A stretch of DNA of 64,000 bases from Acidobacteriota bacterium (GTDB lineage: Bacteria; Acidobacteriota; Terriglobia; UBA7540). Below, one piece after another: positions 1-9,249 of the stretch; within the stretch, counting starts at the first letter, position 1, and every line of letters starts with the position of its first letter. Position numbers and translations under genes: made by a program. The stretch spans positions 4,427 through 68,426 of the forward strand of contig JAMCXS010000024.1 in the NCBI GenBank assembly GCA_023474345.1, read 5' to 3'. Below the pieces are notes generated by a model. That model was given only the letters and a program-made list of their open reading frames with translations, was not told the DNA's origin and did no database searches.

Positions 1-141
1 CGGCTGCGGGCGATCTTTCAGGTTGGCGAGGCGGTAGCGGCGTCCGGCCAGCCTCTCACGCCACCGGACCAGGGCCGGGCGCGCGCGCAGGTATTGCTCG
101 ACGGCGGAGCGCTGATCGGAGATTTCAGGATCCATCGTCAT
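1..141 (-). CDS. hypothetical protein, N-terminal part only (gene runs off the left edge)
   Basis: Manual translation of the minus strand from ATG at 139-141 gives MTMDPEISDQRSAVEQYLRARPALVRWRERLAGRRYRLANLKDRPQP, open to position 1. It is too short for the ORF track. No domain recognised. Confidence 0.25.
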   Translation of the reverse strand, partial: MTMDPEISDQRSAVEQYLRARPALVRWRERLAGRRYRLANLKDRPQP

Positions 142-251
142 CTTCCCTGCCCCTTGAGTTTGCTCCCCTGGCACTTGGCAGCCGCAACGAGCGGCTGCAA
201 CCGTTGGCGACAGCCCCGCTTTGGGCGCGCGTCCGGCCGAACCCCTGAGAT

Positions 252-1577
252 CTATGATAAATCAAGCGGCGCCGCATCAGACGCGAGGGCTCCTCTGCCC
301 AGTCCCATCCGAGCCGCCAAAGTTGGGGCTATTTGGGTCAAGGAAATGCGCCCCAGGTTTTTGGCGGGCTTGATTCCCGGCCCGCTTATTACCAAGCCGG
401 CCTCCATGCCGGCGACGGAAGGCAAATGCCCATGAGTACCGCGGTCTTTTACGCTTTCCTGCACCATGGGACCGGCCGAGCGGTCGGAAAAATAGAAGTC
501 GGGCGCCGCATCCAGCATCAACTCAGCATCGGGATCAGCGCCGAGCGCTTCCAGTTTTTTGCGGTCGATGACTTCCCGAACCGCGCCGGAGGCCATCAGC
601 CGGGCCACGGCTTTCCGAAGCGCGCGCCGTTCTTCCGCGGTTGGCTCCTCAAGCCAGTAAAAGGCAAACGAGCCCCCGGAGTGGATGGCTCCCAGACGTT
701 TCAGCTCGGGTTCACCGTGCGCGTTCCGGCCCAGCAATCCTTCTTCGATCAGCGCCACCAGCGGCGACGCCTCCTTCGCCACCGGCACAAACCCGTGATC
801 GGAGAGCACCACCAGAGTGACGGATTTGTCAGGTTTGATAGCCTTGCAGATGCGGCCAATTTCCTCATCCATCTTTTCCACGGCAGCCAGTGCTTCGGGG
901 CCAAAAGGTCCACAATGATGGGCAGCCTGGTCGTAATCGGCAAAGTGGAGCAGGAGAAGATGGGGCCGGTAGCGCTTCCAGATATAGATCGCGGCTTCGG
1001 TTCGAAGCCGGTCCGCGGACATCTCACTCAAGGAATGGGATTGCTTGTTCCCGGAAGAGGCGAGGACCGCCGAGTTTAAGGCATTCAGAACTTCGTCGAA
1101 CAGGTGCGGCGTGGAATGGCGTGCGGCAGTGGAGAAATCGTGATGTGGGTTAGGCGCGGCCGGGTCCCATATTTCCGGAATATTATAAGTAATGCGCGCT
1201 CCGGCGCTGACGGGCCACGCCACCGCCGCCGTCTTGCGGCCCGAGGCCTCCGCCACATCCCAAAGCGTTGGCACGTCGATGGCTCGGGCGAACCACGTCC
1301 AGGGACGTGCCTTATCTGTGGGATCAAGGGAGGCAAGATGGCTGTAAATTCCATGCTTCCGCGGCAGGACCCCAGTTACCAGAGTTGCATGGGCCGGATA
1401 AGTTGTGGATGGATAGACGCTTTCAACCGTGTCCGCACTAGCCCCGGATACCACCAGTTTCCGGAGGTTCGGAATCTTCAGCCCGAACTTGCTCGCGGAA
1501 CGGTAAAAGTCGGGGCGCATTCCGTCGGCGGACACCACAACCACTCGCGGTGGTATTTCCGCTCGGTTCTTGTTCAT
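252..1577 (-). CDS. nucleotide pyrophosphatase/phosphodiesterase (alkaline phosphatase superfamily, type I phosphodiesterase family)
   Basis: 441-aa ORF with NPP-type signatures: VVVVSADGMRPD metal site, YPSTTYPAHATLVTG nucleophile-Thr region, VVLSDHGF. Confidence 0.85.
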   Translation of the reverse strand: MNKNRAEIPPRVVVVSADGMRPDFYRSASKFGLKIPNLRKLVVSGASADTVESVYPSTTYPAHATLVTGVLPRKHGIYSHLASLDPTDKARPWTWFARAIDVPTLWDVAEASGRKTAAVAWPVSAGARITYNIPEIWDPAAPNPHHDFSTAARHSTPHLFDEVLNALNSAVLASSGNKQSHSLSEMSADRLRTEAAIYIWKRYRPHLLLLHFADYDQAAHHCGPFGPEALAAVEKMDEEIGRICKAIKPDKSVTLVVLSDHGFVPVAKEASPLVALIEEGLLGRNAHGEPELKRLGAIHSGGSFAFYWLEEPTAEERRALRKAVARLMASGAVREVIDRKKLEALGADPDAELMLDAAPDFYFSDRSAGPMVQESVKDRGTHGHLPSVAGMEAGLVISGPGIKPAKNLGRISLTQIAPTLAARMGLGRGALASDAAPLDLS

Positions 1578-2102
1578 CCCTCACCACTCGAGACCCCTCG
1601 ATTGATCCGACGCAAGTTTCCATGGGCACACCCAGCATCAATCGGCTCTGCACTGCGAATGCGAGAGGAATCTCAAAGACTTGAACTTAAACGACCCCAT
1701 TCCGTCGCCCCCCGTTTTCGCCCAGAGCACCGGCTATCAGTGACTGCCCTAAAATCCTTCTGTAAATATCGTAAACCACAAAGGCGTACATATGCCAAGC
1801 GAATCCGAACTACCGGAGATAATTTTGGAGGAGGAAATTTTCTTGTTATTCCGTCCGGTGCGGCGGAAGCTCTTGCGCGGGACTCCTTCGGAGACATGGC
1901 AAGTGCCGCATCAGTTCATCATTATTCCCAGCGGGCACGCGGAGAGTGAATTTGCTGAGATGTTTCCTGATGGTAAAGTCAGCAGAAATGCCTTTGGAGG
2001 ACACTGCTGTTGGTCGCGGCATGAACACCGTGGCAACTGAAGTACAATTTCTTCGTAGCATTACCGGAGGTATTTGCTGAACTCCAGGCGCAAACACTGA
2101 CG

Positions 2103-3338
2103 ATGACGACATCACTTCAAACTTCCCGTGAAGGGCAGCAGGGCCGCTGGCTCAACCGCAACGTAGCCAGCATGGGAGTAACCAGCCTGTTGTCCGACAT
2201 CAGCCATGAGATGGGGACGGCGATCCTGCCCAGCTTTCTCGCCGCGATGGGAGTTTCTGCGGCCGCTCTGGGGCTAATTGAAGGCGTCGCGGACGGCGTG
2301 GCCAGCTTTGTCAAGCTGGGAGCCGGATGGTTTTCAGACCGCATCGGACGCCGGAAGCCTATCGCGGTGGGAGGATATTTCCTTACGGGCTGGTCCACGG
2401 CCATTTTCGCTCTGGCTTTTGGTTGGCCTCTTGTGCTGCTGGGGCGTGTCATCGGCTGGTTCGGCCGTGGAATACGCACGCCGGCCCGGAACGCGATATT
2501 GGCGGCTTCAGTCCCGGCGGAATCACGCGGCAAGGCATTTGGATTCGAACGCGCCGGAGATACCGTGGGAGCGATTATTGGCCCGCTGATCGCTGTCGGC
2601 TTGCTCGGATACCTTCATCCCCGCGTGGGCGAAACTTCTTCTCCTTTTCGCATCATCTTTCTGCTGACTTTAATTCCCGGCCTCGCCGCAGGGACTACGT
2701 TCGGTCTTCTGGTGCGCGATCTCCCGATTCCCCGAACAGACACAAAGTTTCTCGCAACAATCAGGAATTTGCCGCGAAGTTTTCGGCACTTTCTGGTGGG
2801 AGTGGGCGTTTTTGGCATGGGCGATTTTGCCCACACGCTCATGATTCTTGCCGCAACGCAATTGTTGATTGAAGACCGCGGAATGGCCAACGCCGCCGCA
2901 GCCGCAGCGCTGCTCTATGTGGCGCACAACGTCGTCTATGCGGGGGCGTCTTATCCGGTAGGCGCTCTTTCCGACCGCCTTGGCCGGCGAGGCTTGCTGG
3001 CGCTGGGGTATGTGGCAGGGACGCTCACGGCGGCGGGCTTTATGGCGGCGTTCCTTTGGCGGCTTGCGACAATTCCTTATCTGCTGCTCTTGTTCGCCTT
3101 GGGAGGTCTCTATGTTTCGTTTGAGGAGGCTCTGGAAGGCACCATCACGGCGGACTTGGTGAAAGCGGAAGTGCGGGGCACCGCCTATGGCGTCTTAGGC
3201 GCGGTCAACGGGTTTGGCGACGTTGTGGCCAGCGTGTTGGTTGGCGTGTTGTGGACCGCCTTCTCGCCTGCCATCGCCTTTGGCTACTCGGCGGCGGTGA
3301 TGCTGGTGGGCGGGCTGCTGGTCTACCGGTTGCGTTGA
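2103..3338 (+). CDS. MFS transporter
   Basis: 411-aa ORF, strongly hydrophobic throughout. MFS loop motif GWFSDRIGRRKP in the N-half and LSDRLGRRG in the C-half. Confidence 0.85.
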   Translation: MTTSLQTSREGQQGRWLNRNVASMGVTSLLSDISHEMGTAILPSFLAAMGVSAAALGLIEGVADGVASFVKLGAGWFSDRIGRRKPIAVGGYFLTGWSTAIFALAFGWPLVLLGRVIGWFGRGIRTPARNAILAASVPAESRGKAFGFERAGDTVGAIIGPLIAVGLLGYLHPRVGETSSPFRIIFLLTLIPGLAAGTTFGLLVRDLPIPRTDTKFLATIRNLPRSFRHFLVGVGVFGMGDFAHTLMILAATQLLIEDRGMANAAAAAALLYVAHNVVYAGASYPVGALSDRLGRRGLLALGYVAGTLTAAGFMAAFLWRLATIPYLLLLFALGGLYVSFEEALEGTITADLVKAEVRGTAYGVLGAVNGFGDVVASVLVGVLWTAFSPAIAFGYSAAVMLVGGLLVYRLR

Positions 3339-3408
3339 GGGACACCCACAGGGCGCTCCGCTCCGTCACTACAAGTCTTCGCCGGGAAGCGGCAGGAGAT
3401 TGAGCAAA

Positions 3409-4131
3409 TCAGTATTCTTCCCCAAATTGGAAGATGTAAATGCCTCCCATGTGCACCTTAACCCGAATATCCTGCGTGCCACTGGGGTTCCAGAATAAAA
3501 TCTTCCGGCTAAAGCCCGCGCTATCCTCTCCATGTAAATCACTCTGGACATTCCCAAGCCAGGTCGTAGCGCGAAGGGATCGCAAGCGGTAAATTGAGGG
3601 GATATCGATCTCCACATCGCCGTAATTGACCAGGAGGGTTTGCTGTCCGATGATCCCCCGAACCCAAACATCGCCGTCCACACATTTAAGAACGAAGTTG
3701 GCGTCGTAGGGCATGTGAATTCGGAAGTCGACGGAAAGTTTGGATTCTCCGCGAAAGGGCCGCCAAAGCCGGCGGGGAGGATAGATCGTGCGCAAATGGA
3801 CTTCCTTGTCGCGGCCGTCAAGAAGAATTTGGACGCGCTTGTACTTCAACGCGGCTTTGCGGCGCGACTTCGCATGCACCACTTTTTCCGCTTCAATCTC
3901 CACGTGGGGATCGTCCCATCCGGTAATTTGAATGTCGCCGGTGCGAACGTCCATAGTGAACGTTCCGAAAGAAAAAAGTCGTACGGAGTAATGAGACACC
4001 TGCCTGAACTCGTCCGCCCACACAGGATGTGCAAAGAAGCAAAGCGCGCCTAGAAGGACAACGGGCAGTCCCCAGCATTGTTTTTGGCTTGCGTCTCGGA
4101 TCACGGTCCTTTTCGCTGTTATCCTTAGCAT
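3409..4131 (-). CDS. secreted beta-rich protein, DUF4097/putative-adhesin-like
   Basis: 240-aa ORF with an N-terminal hydrophobic signal-like segment (LPVVLLGALCFFAHPVWA). Repeated short beta motifs follow (GDIQITGWDDPHVEIEAEK, DGDVWVRG, YGDVEIDI). The family call is from memory only. Confidence 0.55.
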   Translation of the reverse strand: MLRITAKRTVIRDASQKQCWGLPVVLLGALCFFAHPVWADEFRQVSHYSVRLFSFGTFTMDVRTGDIQITGWDDPHVEIEAEKVVHAKSRRKAALKYKRVQILLDGRDKEVHLRTIYPPRRLWRPFRGESKLSVDFRIHMPYDANFVLKCVDGDVWVRGIIGQQTLLVNYGDVEIDIPSIYRLRSLRATTWLGNVQSDLHGEDSAGFSRKILFWNPSGTQDIRVKVHMGGIYIFQFGEEY

Positions 4132-4265
4132 TTCTCAGCGTGCATTGACAGGCATACTAAGTTCCTGCTCATCCCAGCAGAGTGCCTGAGCCCTGAGTTT
4201 TTTCTACCTTGACTGAATAAAAATGCCTTGCGCGCAACGCCGGCCGAGATATCGGCCCAACCAGC

Positions 4266-5210
4266 TTAGTGGCCGGAATTCTCGGAGCGACTGGGTTCGT
4301 TGCCCCCGCGGAGCGTTTCAACCACCAGGTTCTCACGCGCTGCATCCATCGTTTTCCCCATTTTTTCATAGACGCTGGCAAGCAGGGCGTGGGCTTCGAT
4401 ATCCTGGGGCTCGAGCGCGATCACCGTTTCAAGCTCCGAGGCAGCCTGAGGCAACTCCTGCCGCGCCAAAAAGACCTTTGCCAATCCGTAATATGCTTCG
4501 TAATGGAGCGGCCGTAACGCGATTCCCTGGCGAAAGTAATTTTCGGCTGATTTGAAATCTTGCAGGGTAAGCTCAATATTCCCAGCCCGGCAGTAGGCCT
4601 CGTAGAAACGAGGATTAACCTTGAGTTCCTTCGCGAACTCCTCAACGGCCGCTTTGGGGTTTCCCTGCTTTTCATACTCAGTTCCCAGATAGTAGTGCAC
4701 CAGGGGCAGGTCGGGGGCAAGCTCCAGGGCCCGTTTGAATTCCTCCGCGGCGCGGCGATCGTGCTTCTGCTTTTGGTAAGCCAATCCCAGCAAGAGATGC
4801 GCCTTCCCGTTTTCGGGATTGACGCGGAGGTACGTCCCGAACATGGTCGCAGCTTCGTCATAACGGCCTGACTGCATGTCCAGAATGGCAAGGTCGTAAT
4901 AGTTCTGAGGAATCGTGGGATCAAGGTGGATGGCATTCAAAAAACTCTGCCGGGCTTCAGCCTGCAATCCCTTTTTCGACTCGGCCACGCCCAGCAAGTG
5001 CATCAGGATGGAAGAGTTCGGGTACTCGGTGACCGCCTGGCGAGCGTCAGCCAATGCGGCGTCAATACGCCCGGCGTTAATCTCCCAGGCAATCTGCTGA
5101 ATAAGATCCTGCTTCGTATCTTGCGAGAACAAACGCGGCGCCACGCCTAAGGCGCAACACATAACAATCGCCCCCCACGCGGCCGCCATGCGCTCTCGGC
5201 GGTGGAACAT
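4266..5210 (-). CDS. TPR repeat protein with signal peptide
   Basis: 314-aa ORF with several canonical 34-aa TPR units (e.g. AHLLLGLAYQKQKHDRRAAEEFKRALELAPDLPL) and a hydrophobic N-terminus. Confidence 0.8.
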   Translation of the reverse strand: MFHRRERMAAAWGAIVMCCALGVAPRLFSQDTKQDLIQQIAWEINAGRIDAALADARQAVTEYPNSSILMHLLGVAESKKGLQAEARQSFLNAIHLDPTIPQNYYDLAILDMQSGRYDEAATMFGTYLRVNPENGKAHLLLGLAYQKQKHDRRAAEEFKRALELAPDLPLVHYYLGTEYEKQGNPKAAVEEFAKELKVNPRFYEAYCRAGNIELTLQDFKSAENYFRQGIALRPLHYEAYYGLAKVFLARQELPQAASELETVIALEPQDIEAHALLASVYEKMGKTMDAARENLVVETLRGGNEPSRSENSGH

Positions 5211-5439
5211 TTTAGCCTCTTAGGGAATGTTAGGCAGGGTTCGGTGAAGAAGTCAATTATGCATATCCACCGCGCCGCGGAGGGCGCTGGATGCCCAAAG
5301 ACGAATAGTGGCTTTTCTTTGACCTGAGATGGTTGGGTCCTTCCGGACATTGGCGGGGGCGCGCCTTCGTGCCGTCGAACTTTCATTTTGCGCCGAAGAG
5401 GTTGTAAATGGAGTAAAATAGAGTGTTTGGTCAGTGTAG

Positions 5440-6378
5440 GTGTATTGCATTATGGATTATGATCAGCTAGCGAGCTTCCTTGAAGTCGCCAAGTTGCAGA
5501 GTTTTTCCCGCGCAGCCGAGAAAATCTATCGCACTCAGCCGGCAATCAGCGCCCAGGTGCGCCTGCTGGAACAGGAGTGCGGTGAGAAGCTTTTTGACCG
5601 AAGCGGGAAAAAGGTCCTGCTGACGCCCGCGGGCGAGATCCTCTGCCAGTATGCGCAGAAGATCCTGAACCTTCAAAAAGAAGCTCTGCAGGCAATTGCG
5701 GAACTTAATCAGACACCCCGGGGCAAGCTTTACATCGGGGCCAATGAGGCTACGTGTCTTTACGTCCTGCCAAAGACTTTCGCGCGGTTTCGCCAGCTCT
5801 ACCCACTCGTCCAGATCAGTATCTATCGCAACTTCAGCCACAAAATTCTCCAGAAAGTTCAGGAAGGCGCCGTGGATCTGGGCATCGTGACGCTTCCTCA
5901 AACCGCCAATAACATCGAGGTGCTGCCGGTTTTCCGCGACGAAGTCCAGGTGGTGGTGCCAAAGAATCACCCCCTGGCCCGCAGCCGCAGTGTGACGGTT
6001 GAGGAGATTGCCCAACATCCTCTCATTCTCCCCAAGACGGGGCACACCCGGGTGGTTATTGACCGGCTGTTGCGCGATTACCGTGACCATTTGCAGATCT
6101 CGATGGAACTGGCCAGCGTCGAGACCCAAAAGAAGTTTGTAGGCGCAGGCTTGGGTATTTCCCTCATCAACCGGGCATACGCTCAGCCGGAAGTAGCGGC
6201 GGGCATGCTAAAGCTGATTCCCCTGGAAGGACAGAAAATCTACCGGGAGCTGGGGTTGATTTACCGTCGGGATCGTTACCTGTCGTTGCCTGCCAAGCTT
6301 TTTTTGCAAGTTGTTCAAGAATCAACGAAAGCCTCTCCGTCCGGCCCCGCCGATACGACGAAGTCAAAACTTCGTTAG
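5440..6378 (+). CDS. LysR family transcriptional regulator
   Basis: N-terminal wHTH FLEVAKLQSFSRAAEKIYRTQPAISAQVRLLE followed by a LysR substrate-binding fold. The likely true start is ATG 5452 (MDYDQL). It lies directly upstream of lysC on the same strand. Confidence 0.9.
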   Translation: MYCIMDYDQLASFLEVAKLQSFSRAAEKIYRTQPAISAQVRLLEQECGEKLFDRSGKKVLLTPAGEILCQYAQKILNLQKEALQAIAELNQTPRGKLYIGANEATCLYVLPKTFARFRQLYPLVQISIYRNFSHKILQKVQEGAVDLGIVTLPQTANNIEVLPVFRDEVQVVVPKNHPLARSRSVTVEEIAQHPLILPKTGHTRVVIDRLLRDYRDHLQISMELASVETQKKFVGAGLGISLINRAYAQPEVAAGMLKLIPLEGQKIYRELGLIYRRDRYLSLPAKLFLQVVQESTKASPSGPADTTKSKLR

Positions 6379-6446
6379 GGGCCGGAAGATCACCAGGCTC
6401 CTATTCGACTCAGGAGGGGGCCTCAGTTCGTTTACAGGTTGAAAAA

Positions 6447-7880
6447 ATGGTGAAAGATATTCAAAGCTCGAGCAAAGGCAAACGTCCCCTGATCGCCATG
6501 AAGTTCGGAGGAACTTCCGTCGGCAACGCTGAGCGGATGCAGAACGTGGCTGAGATTTTGCACGACTACGCCCAGCGGGCCGAATTGCTGGTAGTGGTTT
6601 CGGCCATGGGGGGCGTGACGGATATGCTGGTCAACGCCGCCACGCAGGCCAGCCTGGGAGTCGAAAAACAATGGAAAGGTACTCGCGAGGAGCTTGCTCA
6701 CCGGCACCGTGAGGTTGCCGACAAACTGCTTTCCGCCAGCGAGCAGGCCACCATCCTGCCGCGCTTGGCGGAGCAAATGAAGCATTTTGAGGATCTGTGT
6801 TCAGGATTTACGCTGGTGCGGGAAGTCACTCCCCGGGGCATGGATACGCTTTCAAGCCTTGGTGAAGTGATGTCCGCCACGCTTATGGCGGCGATCTTGA
6901 GATCACGAGGGCTGAAGGCCGAAGCCGTGGACGCCACCGAACTGATTGTTACCAACAACAACTTCGGCAATGCGTCGCCCCTTTTCGATGAGACCAATGC
7001 CAAGACTCGCGAGCGGCTTGCCAGCCTTCGGCGCGCGGGCACCGTTCCGGTCGTCACGGGCTTTCGCGGCGCAACCAGCGAGGGCGTCTGCACAACGCTT
7101 GGACGCGGCGGCTCGGATTACAGCGCCACCATCCTCGCGGCGGCACTTGATGCTGACGAAGTGTGGATCTGGACCGACGTTGACGGCGTGATGACGGCGG
7201 ACCCGCGCCTGGTGCCCGCGGCCCGCATCCTCCCCGAAGTTTCTTACCAGGAAGCCATCGAACTTTCTTTCTTTGGGGCGAAGGTCTTGCATCCCAAGAC
7301 GATTCAGCCGGTGATGAACAAGCAGATTCCGGTTTGGATCAAAAACAGTTTTAACCCTTCCTGCCCGGGAACAAAAATCGTCGCTTCCCCCTCGAATGGC
7401 CAGCGCGGCGTCAAAGCGATCACTTCCGTCAAAGACGCCGATTTGATTACCATCAGCAGCAGGAATACGCTAACCCTTCCGCAACTGGCCGCGCGGGTTT
7501 TTGACGGGTTGGCTTTAGAGAATGTTTCCACGCTGACCGTGACCCAATCATCGGCGGACAACGTGTTATCCTTTGCCATCCATCACGCGGATCTGCCCCG
7601 GGTCAAAACGCGCCTTGAAAAGATCTTTGAACTCGAGATGCTGCACGATTATGTCGGCGTGCTGGAGGTCATGTCCAAGATCGCCGTCGTCGTGCTGGTT
7701 GGCGAGCATATGAAAGGAACTCCGGGGATAGCCGGGCGCGCCTTTGGAGCTTTGGGCCGCGAAGGCATTAACATCATAGCAATTGCCCAGGGTTCGTCCG
7801 AGCTGAGCATCTCCTTTGCCGTCAAAGCCTCCGACATGAAGGCTGCGGTCAAAGTGATTCACGAAGAATTTCAGTTATAG
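6447..7880 (+). CDS. lysC: aspartate kinase
   Basis: 477-aa ORF with kinase N-terminus IAMKFGGTSVGNAERM, GRGGSDYSA motif, and a C-terminal pair of ACT-like domains. Confidence 0.93.
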   Translation: MVKDIQSSSKGKRPLIAMKFGGTSVGNAERMQNVAEILHDYAQRAELLVVVSAMGGVTDMLVNAATQASLGVEKQWKGTREELAHRHREVADKLLSASEQATILPRLAEQMKHFEDLCSGFTLVREVTPRGMDTLSSLGEVMSATLMAAILRSRGLKAEAVDATELIVTNNNFGNASPLFDETNAKTRERLASLRRAGTVPVVTGFRGATSEGVCTTLGRGGSDYSATILAAALDADEVWIWTDVDGVMTADPRLVPAARILPEVSYQEAIELSFFGAKVLHPKTIQPVMNKQIPVWIKNSFNPSCPGTKIVASPSNGQRGVKAITSVKDADLITISSRNTLTLPQLAARVFDGLALENVSTLTVTQSSADNVLSFAIHHADLPRVKTRLEKIFELEMLHDYVGVLEVMSKIAVVVLVGEHMKGTPGIAGRAFGALGREGINIIAIAQGSSELSISFAVKASDMKAAVKVIHEEFQL

Positions 7881-7921
7881 CGAGTCTGGAAGGCAATCTC
7901 CAGCCCGCTCGGGACTACAAC

Positions 7922-9214
7922 ATGGCATTAGCTTTTACCCAATGTATTGAGGAAACTTGCGGCCGAAAGCAGGACCCTAAAAAAAACGCGCACCAGTGCG
8001 CTTATTGCGGGGGCTTGCTTGAGGTGAAATATGAGTTTGATCCTTTCGATCCTGAAGTTCTGCGCTCTGCCTGGCACCAGCGCCGCCTGAGCGGCGAGCC
8101 GATTGACCGCAGCGGCGTGTGGCGCTTCCGTGAATTGCTGCCTTTTGTTCGGCCCGACGATCGCATCATTTCTCTCTCGGAAGGTTCTACGCCGCTCGTG
8201 GGAACCCGGCGCGCGGGCTGGTGGGCCGGGCCGGTGCACCTGACGATCAAACATCAGGGAAACAATCCTACGGGTTCCTTTAAAGACCTGGGGATGACCG
8301 CCTGCATCACCCGAGCGGTCTCGCTGGGAGTGCGGGTTGTCGCGTGCGCATCGACCGGGAATACTTCTTCGTCCATGGCCGCTTATGCCAGCCGGGCGGG
8401 CATGAAGGCGATCCTTTTCGTGCCCTACCGCCAAATCTCCGCAGCCAAGCTTGCCCAGGCGCTCGACTTCGGAGCTCTGGTGATCGAGGTCGGCGATACT
8501 TTCGACCAGGCTTTCCACTTGCTCCGCGAGATCGCCGCGGAGATGGACTTCTATCTGGTGAACTCGATCAATCCTTTCCGGATTGAAGGGCAAAAGACCA
8601 TTGTGGCTGAAATGATGGAGCAACGCGCCTGGCGCCCGCCGGACTATATTGTGGTGCCGGGCGGAAATCTGGGGAATGCTTCGGCGATCGGCAAGGGCCT
8701 CCGGGAGCTGAAAGAGTTGGGCCTCATTGAGAAAGTGCCGCGGGTCGTGGTGATTCAAGCGGCCGGGGCCAACCCCTTTTACCGGACGCTCGCCACCGGT
8801 TCCCGGGAATTGCTTGCCGTCGATCATCCTGACACGGAGGCGACGGCAATTCGCATCGGGCACCCGGCCAACTGGAAAAAAGCGCAGCGGGTGCTCGAAT
8901 GGACGGGCGGGTTTTGTGAGTCCGTCACGGATGAGGAAATCTTTGAAGCCAAGGCTGCTCTGGCGGAGGACGGCGTGGGATGCGAGCCGGCGTCCGCGGC
9001 AACGGTTGCAGGCGTCAGGAAGCTGGTGCGCGCCGGAAAGATCGAGCGGCATGCCGACGTGCTGGCGGTCCTGACGGGCCACCAATTGAAAGATACCGAC
9101 TACGTCATGCGGCATCGCTCCTCAGAGCAGGAATGCCGCCAGAGGTTGCGAGTCGAACCGAACTTGGAAGCCCTCCGCAAGGCCCTGGAAAGCGTGCTGG
9201 CCGTGCCCGCGTGA
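7922..9214 (+). CDS. thrC: threonine synthase (with N-terminal zinc-ribbon)
   Basis: 430-aa ORF. It has Cys pairs CIEETCG...CAYCGG at the N-terminus, the PLP-lysine motif NPTGSFKDLGM and a GNLGN loop. Confidence 0.92.
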   Translation: MALAFTQCIEETCGRKQDPKKNAHQCAYCGGLLEVKYEFDPFDPEVLRSAWHQRRLSGEPIDRSGVWRFRELLPFVRPDDRIISLSEGSTPLVGTRRAGWWAGPVHLTIKHQGNNPTGSFKDLGMTACITRAVSLGVRVVACASTGNTSSSMAAYASRAGMKAILFVPYRQISAAKLAQALDFGALVIEVGDTFDQAFHLLREIAAEMDFYLVNSINPFRIEGQKTIVAEMMEQRAWRPPDYIVVPGGNLGNASAIGKGLRELKELGLIEKVPRVVVIQAAGANPFYRTLATGSRELLAVDHPDTEATAIRIGHPANWKKAQRVLEWTGGFCESVTDEEIFEAKAALAEDGVGCEPASAATVAGVRKLVRAGKIERHADVLAVLTGHQLKDTDYVMRHRSSEQECRQRLRVEPNLEALRKALESVLAVPA

Positions 9215-9249
9215 GTTCCCTTCCAACTGAAACCTGTTGACGAGCGCTT

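Noticed and set aside
166-185. TGGCAC-containing sequences as additional sigma-54 promoters (also at 15658, 43038, 46590 reverse, 51566, 52640)
   Set aside because: None has a GC dinucleotide at the required 10-nt spacing with a TTGC-like -12 box.
1792-2040. 82-aa plus-strand ORF in the divergent spacer upstream of the MFS gene
   Set aside because: It has a plausible start (AAAGG 8 nt upstream) and an acidic N-terminus, but no motif. It lies in a likely promoter region, and I could not support it beyond being open.
2536-2560. tRNA T-loop-like GTTCGAATCC on the minus strand
   Set aside because: It lies inside the MFS coding frame, and the flanking bases cannot form a T-stem or acceptor stem.
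6379-6446. Lysine riboswitch or attenuator upstream of lysC (also looked at 32350-32728 upstream of the dapE-like gene)
   Set aside because: The 68-nt lysC leader is too short. The 380-nt dapE leader has some hairpins, but I could not find the conserved L-box core elements. A covariance-model scan would be needed for certainty.
7928-9115. 395-aa minus-strand ORF antisense to thrC (similarly 19648-20715 antisense to the fucosidase, 10117-11058 and 11464-12039 antisense to ppc, 5467-6129 antisense to the LysR gene, 37569-38417 antisense to the dehydratase)
   Set aside because: These are typical long antisense open frames of GC-rich DNA with Arg/Gly/Pro-rich translations and no motifs. The opposite strand in each case encodes a clearly recognisable enzyme.
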